Under the pieces are notes generated by a model. It did not search any database, was not told the DNA's origin, and was given only the letters and a program-made list of their open reading frames with translations. Below, in pieces: positions 9,191-19,301 of a DNA stretch of 46,816 nucleotides; position 1 is the stretch's first letter, and every line of letters begins with the position of its first letter. Origin of the DNA: an uncultured Bacilli bacterium (GTDB taxonomy: Bacteria > Bacillota_I > Bacilli_A > RF39 > UBA660); the NCBI GenBank assembly GCA_947600015.1, contig CANQFX010000002.1, positions 1-46,816 of the forward strand, read 5' to 3'. The position numbers and the translations under genes were made by a program.

Positions 9191-10369
9191 CTAATAAATG
9201 CCACTTGCATATTTCCAAGCCGTAATTCGAATTACCGCTTCATTTAATTGTTCTTCTGTTATTATACCACTTTTTACTGCTTCTAACACCTCTTGATACA
9301 TCGTAATAAAATCACTTGTAATAATCATATCGTTTCCTGCTTGAAAAGCAAGGGTGGCAGCCTTTCCATTTTCTACGTATGCTTTTACTGCATCCATCGC
9401 TAAATCATCGGTCATAATAACACCACTAAAATGCAAAGTGTTTCTCAATTCATTGATTACCTTTTTACTAAGGGAAGAAGGATAATCTGGATCCATTGCT
9501 TTTACTATATTGTGTGACACTAAGATGCTAGGTACTCCTGCTTCAATACCTGCTTGAAATGGTAAAAAGTCATTTTGAACAAAATTTTCATAACTTCGTT
9601 CATCAATTGCAATTCCTGTATGGGTATCTACATTATTACCATAGCCCGGAAAATGTTTTAGGCAAGCATTGATTTTATTATTTTTACTATATGTCACCAT
9701 ATTTTTGATATATTCGGCTGTGTCTGTTGCATTTCTTCCAAAACTTCGTTCATAGATAAAATCACTGGCATTGGTAGAAACATCGGCAACAGGTGCTAAA
9801 TTTAGATTAATTCCTAAACTAAGCAACAGTTCTGCTTTTTCTTTTTCTATTTGTTCTAATAAGGGATAGCCACCTTGATTATAAATTGTTTGTGGTGAAG
9901 GAAAACGTTGGGCACGAAAAGCAGGATATCTACTTACTCTCACAACGGTTCCCCCTTCTTCATCTACCGCAATCAAAAGAGGATATTTACTCACTTCTTG
10001 GTCATGCGCAAGTTGTGCTTTAATACTTTCCTTGGTTTGATTTTCTAAATCTTTGGCAAATAAGATATATCCTCCAGGATAGTAAGCTGTTTCTTGTTCT
10101 ACATTATTTGCATCATAACGAACCAAAAAAATTTGACCTACTTTTTCTTCTAATGTCATTTTTTTCACTGTAGAAAGAGCATCTTTGTAATATGCCTCAA
10201 AAAGAAGTCCCTTATATTTTTCTAACGGATCTTCTTTTTTTACTATTTCCTTTTTTTCTTTCTTGGGAGTCGTTTTTTTCTCTTTTGTCATTTCTTTGTA
10301 AAAAAGAATTCCACCTATCATTACGAGAATAATAATGATAATAATACATACCTTTTTCATTTCTTTCAC
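9191..10369 (-). CDS. Membrane-anchored glycoside hydrolase family 3 (NagZ-like beta-N-acetylhexosaminidase)
   Basis: It has an N-terminal TM helix and the GH3 motifs KHFPGYG and VIMTDDLAM. Confidence 0.8.
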   Translation of the reverse strand: MKEMKKVCIIIIIILVMIGGILFYKEMTKEKKTTPKKEKKEIVKKEDPLEKYKGLLFEAYYKDALSTVKKMTLEEKVGQIFLVRYDANNVEQETAYYPGGYILFAKDLENQTKESIKAQLAHDQEVSKYPLLIAVDEEGGTVVRVSRYPAFRAQRFPSPQTIYNQGGYPLLEQIEKEKAELLLSLGINLNLAPVADVSTNASDFIYERSFGRNATDTAEYIKNMVTYSKNNKINACLKHFPGYGNNVDTHTGIAIDERSYENFVQNDFLPFQAGIEAGVPSILVSHNIVKAMDPDYPSSLSKKVINELRNTLHFSGVIMTDDLAMDAVKAYVENGKAATLAFQAGNDMIITSDFITMYQEVLEAVKSGIITEEQLNEAVIRITAWKYASGIY

Positions 10370-10375
10370 CTCATT

Positions 10376-11224
10376 TTATTTTATCATTTTTTTAAATTCG
10401 ATTGGTACTTTTGTTTCAAATAAGATTTCTTTTTTGATATGAGGACAATATAATCGCAAACGATTTGCATGTAAATATAGCCTTTTTTGTCTATCTTTTT
10501 TTAACCCATATTTTTTATCTCCTACAATAGGATGATTCATGGTATGGAGTGCTACACGAATTTGATTTTTTCGTCCCGTTTCAATTTCTATTCGCAACAT
10601 ACTATAATCTTTATTTTCTTTGATTACTTGATAAAAGGTAATGGCCTCTTTTCCTTCCCTCTTTTGGCAAGGATAAACCAATCCTGTTTTTCCCTCTTTT
10701 AAATATTGAATCACCTTTTTTTCTTTTTCTTTTAGTATACCATGAACTACTGCCACATATTCTCGCAGACTTGCATATTCTTTCCAATGATCTTGTAAAT
10801 CTTGTTTTAATTTTTCATTTTTCGCAAAGACAACAATCCCACTAGTATCTTTATCCAAGCGATGAACAATAAATATCTTGGCATTTTTTTCTTTTTCCCT
10901 CAGATATTCTCTTACCATATGGTATAGTGTATTTTCTTTTTCTTTTTCCGTTGCGATGCTTAGTAATCCACTTGGTTTATCTACAACAATCATCGCTTCA
11001 TCTTCAAATAAAATTTGAAAGGGATATTCTTTTTTATTTTGTTTCGTATCAATGAAAATCTTCATTCCTGGCTTAACTTTGTAATCATATTTTGTAATGC
11101 TTTGATGATTCATATAAATACAGCCATGTACTAAAAATTGTTTGATTCTTTTCTTGGGCATCGCCAAATGATTATATAAATAATTTAATAATAAATCTTC
11201 TTTTTGTACAATAATCTCCATCAA
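10376..11224 (-). CDS. RluA-family pseudouridine synthase
   Basis: It has an S4-like N-terminus, the catalytic motif HRLDKDTSGIVVFAK, and GRKNQIRV. Confidence 0.85.
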   Translation of the reverse strand: MMEIIVQKEDLLLNYLYNHLAMPKKRIKQFLVHGCIYMNHQSITKYDYKVKPGMKIFIDTKQNKKEYPFQILFEDEAMIVVDKPSGLLSIATEKEKENTLYHMVREYLREKEKNAKIFIVHRLDKDTSGIVVFAKNEKLKQDLQDHWKEYASLREYVAVVHGILKEKEKKVIQYLKEGKTGLVYPCQKREGKEAITFYQVIKENKDYSMLRIEIETGRKNQIRVALHTMNHPIVGDKKYGLKKDRQKRLYLHANRLRLYCPHIKKEILFETKVPIEFKKMIK

Positions 11225-11262
11225 TACACCTATCCTAATGAACTACTTTTCTTTATTATATC

Positions 11263-11292
11263 AAAAAAAAGAAATATGCAAAACACATTTCT
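11263..11292 (-). terminator. Rho-independent terminator after the HAD-like gene
   Basis: The minus strand reads AGAAATGTGTTTTGCATATTTCT followed by T8. The stem has one mismatch. Confidence 0.5.
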
Positions 11293-11390
11293 ACATAAAT
11301 CAATCCTTTTTCCATTGATATTTTAATACCCAATATATCATATATTTATTTCTCTTCTCTTTCATTTTTTTATTACAAATTGATGGAGTG

Positions 11391-12140
11391 TTAGAAAAAC
11401 TTTTTTATAATCTTTTCAAAACCTTTGTCATCGGCAGAAGGAAATACTTCCTTTGCTTCTTTTTTTATTTCTTTTGGGGCATTTTTTACCGTAACCGAAT
11501 AGCCAGCATGTTTCATTATCTCTTTATCATTTTCTTTCGCTCCAACAAAAAGCACATGAGAAAAGGACTCTTTTTTTGTTTCGAGAATTTTTTTTACTCC
11601 TAAAAATTTGCTACATCCTTTCGCAATCATACATAAACTCCTGCTTTCTTCTTCTTTCCATACAGAAATAGAAGGAATAGATACAAGTTTTTGGTAAGAA
11701 GATAAATATTCTTTTTTGGTATCAAAAAAAATCTGAATACGATAAATTTCTTTTTGCTCTTTTTCATCAAATACATTTGTAGGTAAACAATATATTTGAT
11801 CCAATGTGGAAACAACAATTTTCTTTTCTCTATATTCTTTCAAAATCTTTTTTACAACAGATGATACTATTCTTTTTTTTATTAGAAACTTTTTGGATGC
11901 ACATGCATAAACACAGGCACCATCTAAGCAAACAATATAATCAAGAAAAGGAAAATCCAAATTATAATTCAAAACATAGGAAAAAGGTTTCTCTGTTGTT
12001 ACAGTAAAAAGAATCCCTTCTTTACGCATCCGATCTAATTCAATCATTGTAGATAAAAAAATTGCTTCTTCTTCATTAATCAAAGCATGAGAAAAATCAC
12101 ATGCAAGCATTTTATACATGGTTTCCTTGTCCTTTCTCAT
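11391..12140 (-). CDS. Cof-type HAD-superfamily hydrolase homologue with degenerate motifs
   Basis: The overall layout is Cof-like, with C-terminal GAKENDKEIMKHAGYSVTVKNAPKEIKKEA. Motif I reads CDFSHAL rather than DxDGTL. The true start may be an internal Met (MYKMLACDF). Confidence 0.5.
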   Translation of the reverse strand: MRKDKETMYKMLACDFSHALINEEEAIFLSTMIELDRMRKEGILFTVTTEKPFSYVLNYNLDFPFLDYIVCLDGACVYACASKKFLIKKRIVSSVVKKILKEYREKKIVVSTLDQIYCLPTNVFDEKEQKEIYRIQIFFDTKKEYLSSYQKLVSIPSISVWKEEESRSLCMIAKGCSKFLGVKKILETKKESFSHVLFVGAKENDKEIMKHAGYSVTVKNAPKEIKKEAKEVFPSADDKGFEKIIKKFF

Positions 12141-12732
12141 AAATTCTTTTTTGGATTTCAGTCACAATGAATACTAGAATTGTCGCTAAAGAATAACCAG
12201 CAATGACATCAGTTGGATAATGAACGCCAACATAAATTCGACTAATCCCAATAGATAAAATTAAAAATACTAATGCGATGGATAATCCTACTTTTAGAAA
12301 TTTATTATTTACTTTTTGTATTACACAATAAAGTAAATATCCATATACACAAACAGATATCATGGCATGTCCACTAGGAAATGAATATCCTCCTTGAGAA
12401 ATTAATTTTAATCCAATTGGACGGTTTCGTTTGATTAAGTGCTTTATCATAAAATTAATTACCCCACAACTACTAGCAGAAACTCCTAAAAAGATACCAT
12501 ATTGATTTCTAAAAACAAGAAGGAAAAAGAATACCAAGACTAATACCATAACAGGATTTCCAAATTTCGTAATAAAGGTAAAATAAGAATCTAAAAATGT
12601 GCAACGAAAAGAAATCACAAACTGATAGATTGCTTGATCTAAAAAGATATTTTTTTTAAATATAACAAGTCCTAACATCAAAAAAAACAAAATAAGCAAA
12701 ACAAAAACTGCAATTCGTTTTTGTTGTTTCAT
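12112..12732 (-). CDS. PAP2-family phosphatase (BcrC/PgpB-like)
   Basis: It is a polytopic membrane protein with the PAP2 motifs KHLIKRNRP, SFPSGHAM and GVHYPTDV. Confidence 0.8.
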   Translation of the reverse strand: MKQQKRIAVFVLLILFFLMLGLVIFKKNIFLDQAIYQFVISFRCTFLDSYFTFITKFGNPVMVLVLVFFFLLVFRNQYGIFLGVSASSCGVINFMIKHLIKRNRPIGLKLISQGGYSFPSGHAMISVCVYGYLLYCVIQKVNNKFLKVGLSIALVFLILSIGISRIYVGVHYPTDVIAGYSLATILVFIVTEIQKRIYEKGQGNHV

Positions 12733-12744
12733 GATAAATCCCCC

Positions 12745-13935
12745 CTATTGTATGTGAACACTCTTTTTTATTTCTTGTTTATATATTTCTACTCCTTCTT
12801 GATGAAATGGATCTACTTCAAACAAATAAGCACTAAAAGCAGCACTCATCATAAAAAAGTACATCACTTCTCCCATTGTCTTTTCACAAATGGAGTCTAA
12901 TGTAATAGTATGTACGGGTACTCCTCCTTGTCGATGTGCAGAGGCAACCGAATCTGAAATAGTACAATTCATTTGATGAAGATTGTTGCCCTGATAATTA
13001 AGAAAAGAAGAATTTTGAATCTGAAAAAAGGTTTCAAAAAGAATTTTATTTCCTTCTTGAATAAATTGTCCTAATGAATGTAAATCTCTTGTATAAATCG
13101 TAGAAATTGGTAAAATCCCTTGTTGTTTTTTTCCTTCACTCTCGGCAAAGAGTTGTTTTAACCATTCCGTAAAATAGAAGAGTTTTGGTTCATAGACACT
13201 ATAATTTTCTACATACTTTCCACAATCAAATAAGCTCCTACGCAATACAGCATAAGTATATGCCTGTTCTTGATATTTTTTTCCTTCTTGATAACCTTGG
13301 TTAAGTAAATCAATATCCCAAGAAAAAGCGAGTGGAAATAAGTGTGCCGCTGTCATAACGGAATATCTTCCTCCAATATTTGTTGGAAATGGAAAGGAAA
13401 AATAGCCTTCTTTCTCTACTTCTTGATATAACTTTCCTTCTTTGGCATCGGTTGTTATGATAATTCTTTTTTTCATTTCTTCTAATGAATATTTTTCTTG
13501 CATTTTTTCTTTTATCAATTGGTAAGTCACCATTGTTTCTAAGGTGTTGCCACTTTTACTAATTACGTTTACGGAAAAATCAATTTTATCTAGATACGAA
13601 AGTAACCCTTGCATATATGCACTAGATAAAGTAGTTCCTGCATAAATAATAGGGAAAGCGTCTTTCTCAAAATAAGAGGATAAGGCTGCATTTAATGCTT
13701 TGCTTGCTAAAAAAGAACCCCCAATTCCTATCACTACCAAACAATCAGAATATTCTTTTACTTCTTTTGCTTTTTCTTTTATTTTAGAAATCAATGAAGA
13801 ATCAATTCCTTTTACCCATCCTGTCATATCACTTCTTTGAAAAGAAGCAAATACTTCCTCTTTTCGATTGAAATATTTTTCTTTTAATGAAGGTGAAATA
13901 AAAGAATCTAGTTTTTCAAATTCAAATGTAATCAT
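12745..13935 (-). CDS. pgi: Glucose-6-phosphate isomerase
   Basis: It carries GIGGSFLASKA, NVISKSGNTLET, GGRYSV, ESEGK and DLHSLGQFIQEG. It is collinear with the Bacillus Pgi sequence as I recall it. I prefer the ATG at 13935 (MITFEF) over the tracked start at 13977. Confidence 0.88.
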   Translation of the reverse strand: MITFEFEKLDSFISPSLKEKYFNRKEEVFASFQRSDMTGWVKGIDSSLISKIKEKAKEVKEYSDCLVVIGIGGSFLASKALNAALSSYFEKDAFPIIYAGTTLSSAYMQGLLSYLDKIDFSVNVISKSGNTLETMVTYQLIKEKMQEKYSLEEMKKRIIITTDAKEGKLYQEVEKEGYFSFPFPTNIGGRYSVMTAAHLFPLAFSWDIDLLNQGYQEGKKYQEQAYTYAVLRRSLFDCGKYVENYSVYEPKLFYFTEWLKQLFAESEGKKQQGILPISTIYTRDLHSLGQFIQEGNKILFETFFQIQNSSFLNYQGNNLHQMNCTISDSVASAHRQGGVPVHTITLDSICEKTMGEVMYFFMMSAAFSAYLFEVDPFHQEGVEIYKQEIKKSVHIQ

Positions 13936-14035
13936 ACCAACACCATCCAATCTTATAATGATTATATCACGTATCATACTGATTAGTAAATGAAAGAAAG
14001 TTTATATTTGAAACTTTTAACTATTATATTTTTTC

Positions 14036-14062
14036 ATAATAAAAAGACAGGATTCTGCCTTT
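14036..14062 (-). terminator. Possible terminator between the NodB-like gene and pgi
   Basis: The minus strand reads AAAGGCAGAATCCTGTCTTT, an 8-bp stem with one G:U pair, followed by a T-rich stretch. Confidence 0.35.
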
Positions 14063-14152
14063 TATTTTTTAATTTATGATGTAAGGACTATTTCTTGTTC
14101 TATCCCCTCCACCACTTATATCAGATTTCAAAGAAATCGAAGAATCTACACA

Positions 14153-15019
14153 TTATTTATCACTACTTTCATTCAACAATTGTTCTAATGTTAAAAAAGT
14201 ATACCCTCTTGTTTTAATATAATCAATAACAGAAGAAAGTTCTATTTCTGTGGAAGAATTGATTGGTAATGATATAATGGCTGCATTAGAAAGCTTTGAT
14301 TTAATTTCACGGTATGGATAATTTCCTACTTTAATTGTGGGAGTAATCGTATGAAGTTTTAATTTTGAACATAGTTCAATTACTTCTTTTTGGTCATAAT
14401 CAGAATAACAATATTTGGGTTCTTTTCCAGTAATGGAATTCAAGTAATTTAGTGCACTATTAAAGTAAATTTCTTCATACCGATTATCATAACTTAATAA
14501 TTCTAATTCAAATGAAGAAAGATTTTTTACGACCTCTAAATTATTTTCAATAAATAGTCCATCTAAAAAAAATGTAGCGGGAATCTCTTTTTCTTTTAAT
14601 GTATTCATAATATTTATTAAATTTTGATCTTTTGTCACTTGAAATACTAAGGCAACCGATTTTTTATCTAGATTTCCACTAACCACAAATTTATCATAAT
14701 ATTCATCTAAGGAAATTGTAGGAGTGGTTTCTTTAAATGCTGTGAGACTTTCATTATAAGTTCCATACTGTTTCATTTTTTTATAACTTTCATTCTGATC
14801 TACTTCTTTTCCTGCTTTTCCTGGAATAATTTTATTTCCAATAATTTGAGCATTTTTTGCTTCTACTTTATATTTTTGTTCACTCTTTTTAATTTCTTTC
14901 ATAATAGGATCACTATTGCGGATTAATTCAATGGATTTATTTGTATAATAAAAACTAAATAATACAAGTAATAAAACAAATACAATATGACAAATCTTTT
15001 TTATACTCATATCAATCAC
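14153..15019 (-). CDS. Membrane-anchored NodB/YlxY-like polysaccharide-deacetylase homologue lacking the catalytic motifs
   Basis: It sits immediately downstream of pnp, as ylxY does in Bacillus. The segment KSVALVFQVTKDQNLINIMNTLKEKEIPATFFLDG aligns to the NodB motif-1 region, but TFDDG is replaced by VFQVT. Confidence 0.4.
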   Translation of the reverse strand: MIDMSIKKICHIVFVLLLVLFSFYYTNKSIELIRNSDPIMKEIKKSEQKYKVEAKNAQIIGNKIIPGKAGKEVDQNESYKKMKQYGTYNESLTAFKETTPTISLDEYYDKFVVSGNLDKKSVALVFQVTKDQNLINIMNTLKEKEIPATFFLDGLFIENNLEVVKNLSSFELELLSYDNRYEEIYFNSALNYLNSITGKEPKYCYSDYDQKEVIELCSKLKLHTITPTIKVGNYPYREIKSKLSNAAIISLPINSSTEIELSSVIDYIKTRGYTFLTLEQLLNESSDK

Positions 15020-15034
15020 CTAAAAAAGTATATG

Positions 15035-15063
15035 AAAAAAAGTTCTAAATTTGAACTTTTTTG
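15035..15063 (-). terminator. Rho-independent (bidirectional-looking) terminator after pnp
   Basis: AAAAAAAGTTC...GAACTTTTTTT forms an 11-bp stem. Confidence 0.6.
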
Positions 15064-15089
15064 TCTTAGATAAGTAATTTCTGATTCTT

Positions 15090-17252
15090 TTATTTTTTGC
15101 TTTTCTTTGTTTCAGGTTTAGAAAGTGCATCTTTTCTAGAAAAGTTTTGTCTACCCTTTTTATCTGGACCTAATGCTTTTACAATAATTTCATCTCCTAC
15201 TTGTACTACATCTTCTACTTTATTAATACGTTCTTTATCTAATTGTGAAATATGTACTAATCCTTCACAGCCAGGCCATAATTGTACAAAACATCCAAAG
15301 TCTTCAATCTTAACTACTTTTGCTTCATATATCTTGCCAACTTCTACTTCTTTTACAATTTCTTCAATCATGGCTTTTGTTTTATCAATAATTTCTTGAT
15401 CACTATGATAGATAATCACGCGTCCATCATCTTCTAAATCTACTTTTACTGCATTTACATTAGTCACTTCTGTGACATTGGATGCTTCACAAATTATTTT
15501 GGTTATGGTTTCTCCTCCACGGCCAATTACTTCTTTAATTTTGGCAGGATCAATCATGAATGTTACCATCTTTGGTGCATATTTTGAAACTTCTTTTCTT
15601 GGTTCTTTGATTTGTTTTTCAATTACTTTTAAAATTTGTAATCTTGCTTTCTTGGCTTGTTCTAGTGCCTCTTTTAAAATCTGTTCCGTAATTCCTTTGA
15701 TTTTAATATCCATTTGTAGTGCGGTAATTCCTTCTTTTGTTCCTGCTACTTTAAAGTCCATATCACCTAAGTGGTCTTCCATTCCTTGGATATCCGTTAA
15801 AATCGTATATTTATCTTCATGTGTAATTAATCCCATGGCAATTCCTGCAACTGGGGCTTTAATTGGTACTCCTGCAGCCATTAAAGACATACATCCTGCA
15901 CAAATACTTGCTTGTGAAGAAGATCCATTGGACTCTAAAATTTCAGAAACAACACGAATGGTATAAGGGAATTCTTCTTCTGAAGGAATTACTTGTGCAA
16001 GGGCTTTTTCTCCTAAGGCACCATGTCCAATTTCTCTACGCCCTGGTGCTCCATAACGTCCTGTTTCTCCTACAGAAAATTGTGGGAAATTATAATGCAA
16101 CATAAAACGCTTTTGATCTTCCATACTAAGTCCATCTAAAATTTGGTGTTCTCCTAAAGCACCTAGTGTAGTTACAGATAATGCTTGTGTTTCTCCTCTT
16201 GTAAATAAGGCAGAACCATGTGTTCTTGGAAGCAAATCAATATCGGTTGATAATTTCCTAATTTCATCCATCTTTCTACCATCAGGACGAATACCCTCTT
16301 TTACCACAATACTACGGAATAATTCATATTCTAGATCAGATAAAACCATATTCACTTTTACTAATAATTCTTTTAATTCTTCTTCTTTTAAATTATCTTC
16401 GTTTTCTTGACGATAAAGTTCTACAATTTCTTCTTTTACTTCATCAATTGCGGCATATTTTTTTAATTTATCTTTAATGCGCAATGCTTTATCCATCTTT
16501 TTACTAGCAAGCATTCTAATACGTTCTTTCATTTCATCTTCTGGTACAAGGGTTTCATATTCCATTTTTTCCTCACCAATGTCTGCGATAATTTTTTCTT
16601 GGAATTGTACTAATTCTTTGATTGCTTTATGTCCAAACATTAATGCTTCTAGCATAATTTCTTCACTTACTTGTTTGGCACTAGATTCTACCATATTAAT
16701 TGCCTCTTTGGTACCAGCAACAGTAAGTTCTAATTCTGACTTTTCTAATTCTTCTGGTGTTGGATTAATAATAAATTTACCATCTACTCTACCTACTTTT
16801 ACTCCAGCAATTGGTCCTGCAAAAGGGATTTTTGAAATACAGGTTGCTAAAGAGGATCCAAACATCGCTGTAAGTTCTGGGGAACAATCTTGATCTACTG
16901 ATAATACAGTAGAAATAATTTGTACCTCATTTTTAAAGCCTTCTGGAAATAAAGGACGCATGGGACGATCGATCATACGTGCCGCAAGAGTAGCTGCTTC
17001 ACTTGGCCTTCCTTCTCTTTTAATAAATCCTCCTGGGATTTTTCCAACAGAATATAATTTTTCTTGATAATTTACTGTTAGTGGGAAAAAGTCAGATAAT
17101 AAATTTACATTTTTTGAAACCACTGCCGCTGTCAATACTACTGTATCATTATACCGAACAAGAACAGCTCCATCTGCTTGTTTTGCAAGTTCTCCATGTT
17201 CTACGATAATTTTTCTTCCATGAAATTTTAATTCATATTTTTTCTTTTTCAT
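15090..17252 (-). CDS. pnp: Polyribonucleotide nucleotidyltransferase (PNPase)
   Basis: 720 aa with two RNase PH domains, a KH domain (IGRGGETI) and an S1 domain ([18 protein letters not shown]). It is syntenic with rpsO. Confidence 0.95.
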   Translation of the reverse strand: MKKKKYELKFHGRKIIVEHGELAKQADGAVLVRYNDTVVLTAAVVSKNVNLLSDFFPLTVNYQEKLYSVGKIPGGFIKREGRPSEAATLAARMIDRPMRPLFPEGFKNEVQIISTVLSVDQDCSPELTAMFGSSLATCISKIPFAGPIAGVKVGRVDGKFIINPTPEELEKSELELTVAGTKEAINMVESSAKQVSEEIMLEALMFGHKAIKELVQFQEKIIADIGEEKMEYETLVPEDEMKERIRMLASKKMDKALRIKDKLKKYAAIDEVKEEIVELYRQENEDNLKEEELKELLVKVNMVLSDLEYELFRSIVVKEGIRPDGRKMDEIRKLSTDIDLLPRTHGSALFTRGETQALSVTTLGALGEHQILDGLSMEDQKRFMLHYNFPQFSVGETGRYGAPGRREIGHGALGEKALAQVIPSEEEFPYTIRVVSEILESNGSSSQASICAGCMSLMAAGVPIKAPVAGIAMGLITHEDKYTILTDIQGMEDHLGDMDFKVAGTKEGITALQMDIKIKGITEQILKEALEQAKKARLQILKVIEKQIKEPRKEVSKYAPKMVTFMIDPAKIKEVIGRGGETITKIICEASNVTEVTNVNAVKVDLEDDGRVIIYHSDQEIIDKTKAMIEEIVKEVEVGKIYEAKVVKIEDFGCFVQLWPGCEGLVHISQLDKERINKVEDVVQVGDEIIVKALGPDKKGRQNFSRKDALSKPETKKSKK

Positions 17253-17327
17253 ATTTTACCTCTTTTCTTTCTATCTTTCTCAACCATTTTTCATGAAATT
17301 ACTTTATTTTCTTCTTTACTAGAATTA

Positions 17328-17355
17328 TAAAAAAAGACACCAAAAATAAGTGTCT
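17328..17355 (-). terminator. rpsO terminator / pnp leader hairpin
   Basis: The minus strand reads AGACACTTATTTTTGGTGTCT followed by T7. The stem overlaps the rpsO stop codon. Confidence 0.55.
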
Positions 17356-17623
17356 ACTTTCTTAATCCTAATTTTTTAATTACTTCACGATATTTTTGAA
17401 TATCTTTCTTTGCCAAGTATTGTAACATATTTCTACGTTGTCCTACTTTCTTTAAAAGACCTCTACGTGAATGATAATCATGAATATGTACTTTTAAATG
17501 TTCTGTTAAATCGTTAATTTCTTTTGTTAAAATTGCGATTTGTACTTCTGCAGAACCAGTATCTTTTTCATCTCTAGCAAATTCTTTTACAATCTTTGCT
17601 TTTTCTTCTTTGGTCAATGCCAT
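17354..17623 (-). CDS. rpsO: 30S ribosomal protein S15
   Basis: It reads [56 protein letters not shown]. The ATG at 17623 is preceded by GGAAGGA. Confidence 0.93.
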   Translation of the reverse strand: MALTKEEKAKIVKEFARDEKDTGSAEVQIAILTKEINDLTEHLKVHIHDYHSRRGLLKKVGQRRNMLQYLAKKDIQKYREVIKKLGLRK

Positions 17624-17706
17624 TGTATCCTTCCTTTCTTTATAATTCACTAGATTCTAAGTAAAAAGTCGGAAATTCTTTTAACCTGGAACCAGCAAGC
17701 ACATTT

Positions 17707-17735
17707 AATATACTAAAAATTTCTTCATTTGTAAA
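17707..17735 (-). promoter_or_regulatory. Putative rpsO promoter TTTACA-N17-TATATT, followed by a ~90-nt leader
   Basis: The minus strand reads TTTACAAATGAAGAAATTTTTAGTATATT. A structured S15-autoregulated leader is known for rpsO genes in general, but I could not fold this one with confidence. Confidence 0.45.
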
Positions 17736-17868
17736 GTTTTTTTGCAAATTCATTTTGCTTTTTTACAAATTCATCTTGTTTTTCTTTATTTGACGTCAAT
17801 TTTTCTTTGCTTCTTTGCCCATTCTTTCTTTTTCTTTTTTTTTATGGTATGGTTATTATGGTGATGAT

Positions 17869-18546
17869 ATGAAAAAACAATGGATAAAACAATTAGCAAA
17901 ATCAATATTTTGTTTTTTACTATTCTATTATAGTTATTTATTACAATATATTCCTGTTTTTCTGTTTCATATCAAAAAAATAACGGGAACAACAGGGGTT
18001 TTATTAAGTAGTTTTTCTAATATTATTCTAGTAATTATTCTTTTTATATTATATAGAAAAGAACTCATTGCAGAATTTAAGCTTTTTCAAAATAATAGAG
18101 AAAAAGATTTAGATATTGGAATCAAATGTTGGTTTGTAGGACTTGTGATTATGATGGTTTCCAATTTGCTCATTAACTTTTTCTTCCATGCAGGGCAAGC
18201 CAATAATGAACAGCAAGTGCAAAGTATGATTCATAGCCTACCTTGGTTAATGTTTTTAAATGCTGGTATCATTGGTCCTTTTATCGAAGAGATTGTTTTT
18301 CGTAAATGTTTTAAAAACGCTATTCCGAACCCATGGTTATTTATTATTAGTTCTGGTCTTGTTTTTGGAGCCATGCATGTTGTGACTTCTGGTGTTGGCC
18401 TTCCTCAATTATTATATATTATTCCTTATGGTGCATTAGGTGCTGCTTTCGCTACTGCTTATCAAAAGACAGATACTATTTATACTTCAATATCCATGCA
18501 TATGCTTCATAATATTATTTTAATTTTAATGTCAATACTTACATAA
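17869..18546 (+). CDS. CPBP-family (CAAX-type) intramembrane protease
   Basis: It is a polytopic membrane protein with the motifs GPFIEEIVFRK, FGAMH and HMLHN. I prefer the ATG at 17869 (MKKQWIKQ) over the tracked TTG at 17815. Confidence 0.8.
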   Translation: MKKQWIKQLAKSIFCFLLFYYSYLLQYIPVFLFHIKKITGTTGVLLSSFSNIILVIILFILYRKELIAEFKLFQNNREKDLDIGIKCWFVGLVIMMVSNLLINFFFHAGQANNEQQVQSMIHSLPWLMFLNAGIIGPFIEEIVFRKCFKNAIPNPWLFIISSGLVFGAMHVVTSGVGLPQLLYIIPYGALGAAFATAYQKTDTIYTSISMHMLHNIILILMSILT

Positions 18547-18580
18547 AAAAACTATTTGTATTTTCGCAAATAGTTTTTTT
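18545..18580. terminator. Bidirectional rho-independent terminator between convergent genes
   Basis: AAAAAAACTATTTG-loop-CAAATAGTTTTTTT, with an A run on one side and a T run on the other. Confidence 0.65.
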
Positions 18581-19169
18581 ATTCTAAATCAATTCCGATT
18601 GTAATATAGTGATCAATAAAAGTGATTACTCCACAAATCATAGCTTGCAACAACAAGGTTGAAAAATAAGCTAACCAAAAGTTATCTAATATCAACATAT
18701 TTAAATAAATTAATGTATAAATCATATAGAAAACAATCAATGCAAACATATAATTTAAAAATACTAAATACCATGGCATTTTTGTATTGTGCATTAAGAA
18801 ATTATATATCATTAGATTAATTAATTGACTCATCACATAGGCACAAAAACCACCACTAACAGAAGAAAAATCAATTGCTTTTCCTAAAGCAAAGTCCATC
18901 AATATTACAAAAGCAATCAGTGCAATCCCTGAGACAGAAATTGCAACTAAACTTTTTTGATATCCATACTTTTTCGTAATATAGTTAGATAACAAATAAA
19001 CTAATGGTAATAAAAAGATGGCATAAGTTAAATTCAATTGTTCTAAAGCAAATGTATAATTTTTTAATGATTCAATCAAAATGACTAGCGTTGATAATAA
19101 TAAAATATAAATCCAACTATCTTGTTCTATTATTTGTTTTTGTTTTTCTTTCTTCGTTTTTTTCTTCAT
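18579..19169 (-). CDS. Polytopic membrane protein, possibly VUT family (queuosine-precursor transporter-like)
   Basis: It has about six TM helices. FLLPLVYLLSNYITKKYGYQKS resembles the conserved VUT/YhhQ segment from memory only. Confidence 0.35.
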   Translation of the reverse strand: MKKKTKKEKQKQIIEQDSWIYILLLSTLVILIESLKNYTFALEQLNLTYAIFLLPLVYLLSNYITKKYGYQKSLVAISVSGIALIAFVILMDFALGKAIDFSSVSGGFCAYVMSQLINLMIYNFLMHNTKMPWYLVFLNYMFALIVFYMIYTLIYLNMLILDNFWLAYFSTLLLQAMICGVITFIDHYITIGIDLE

Positions 19170-19301
19170 ACTATCCTACCCTTCTTATTATGAATATAGT
19201 ATAACAAAAAAATTAAATTTAGGAAATAGAAAACTTATTTTTTATAAAAATAATAAAATTTGGAGTATCAAATAATTTCTAAATTCATTTTTTTATTAGG
19301 A

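Noticed and set aside
15097-16893. Four plus-strand ORFs (15097..15399, 15472..15966, 15863..16105, 16477..16893) inside pnp
   Set aside because: They are antisense to an unambiguous PNPase gene. Their composition (Ser/Ile/Leu-rich) is typical of shadow ORFs in AT-rich DNA.
19170-19301. A preQ1 riboswitch upstream of the VUT-like transporter gene
   Set aside because: The leader between the putative -10 and the ATG is only about 30 nt and shows no preQ1-type hairpin or pseudoknot sequence.
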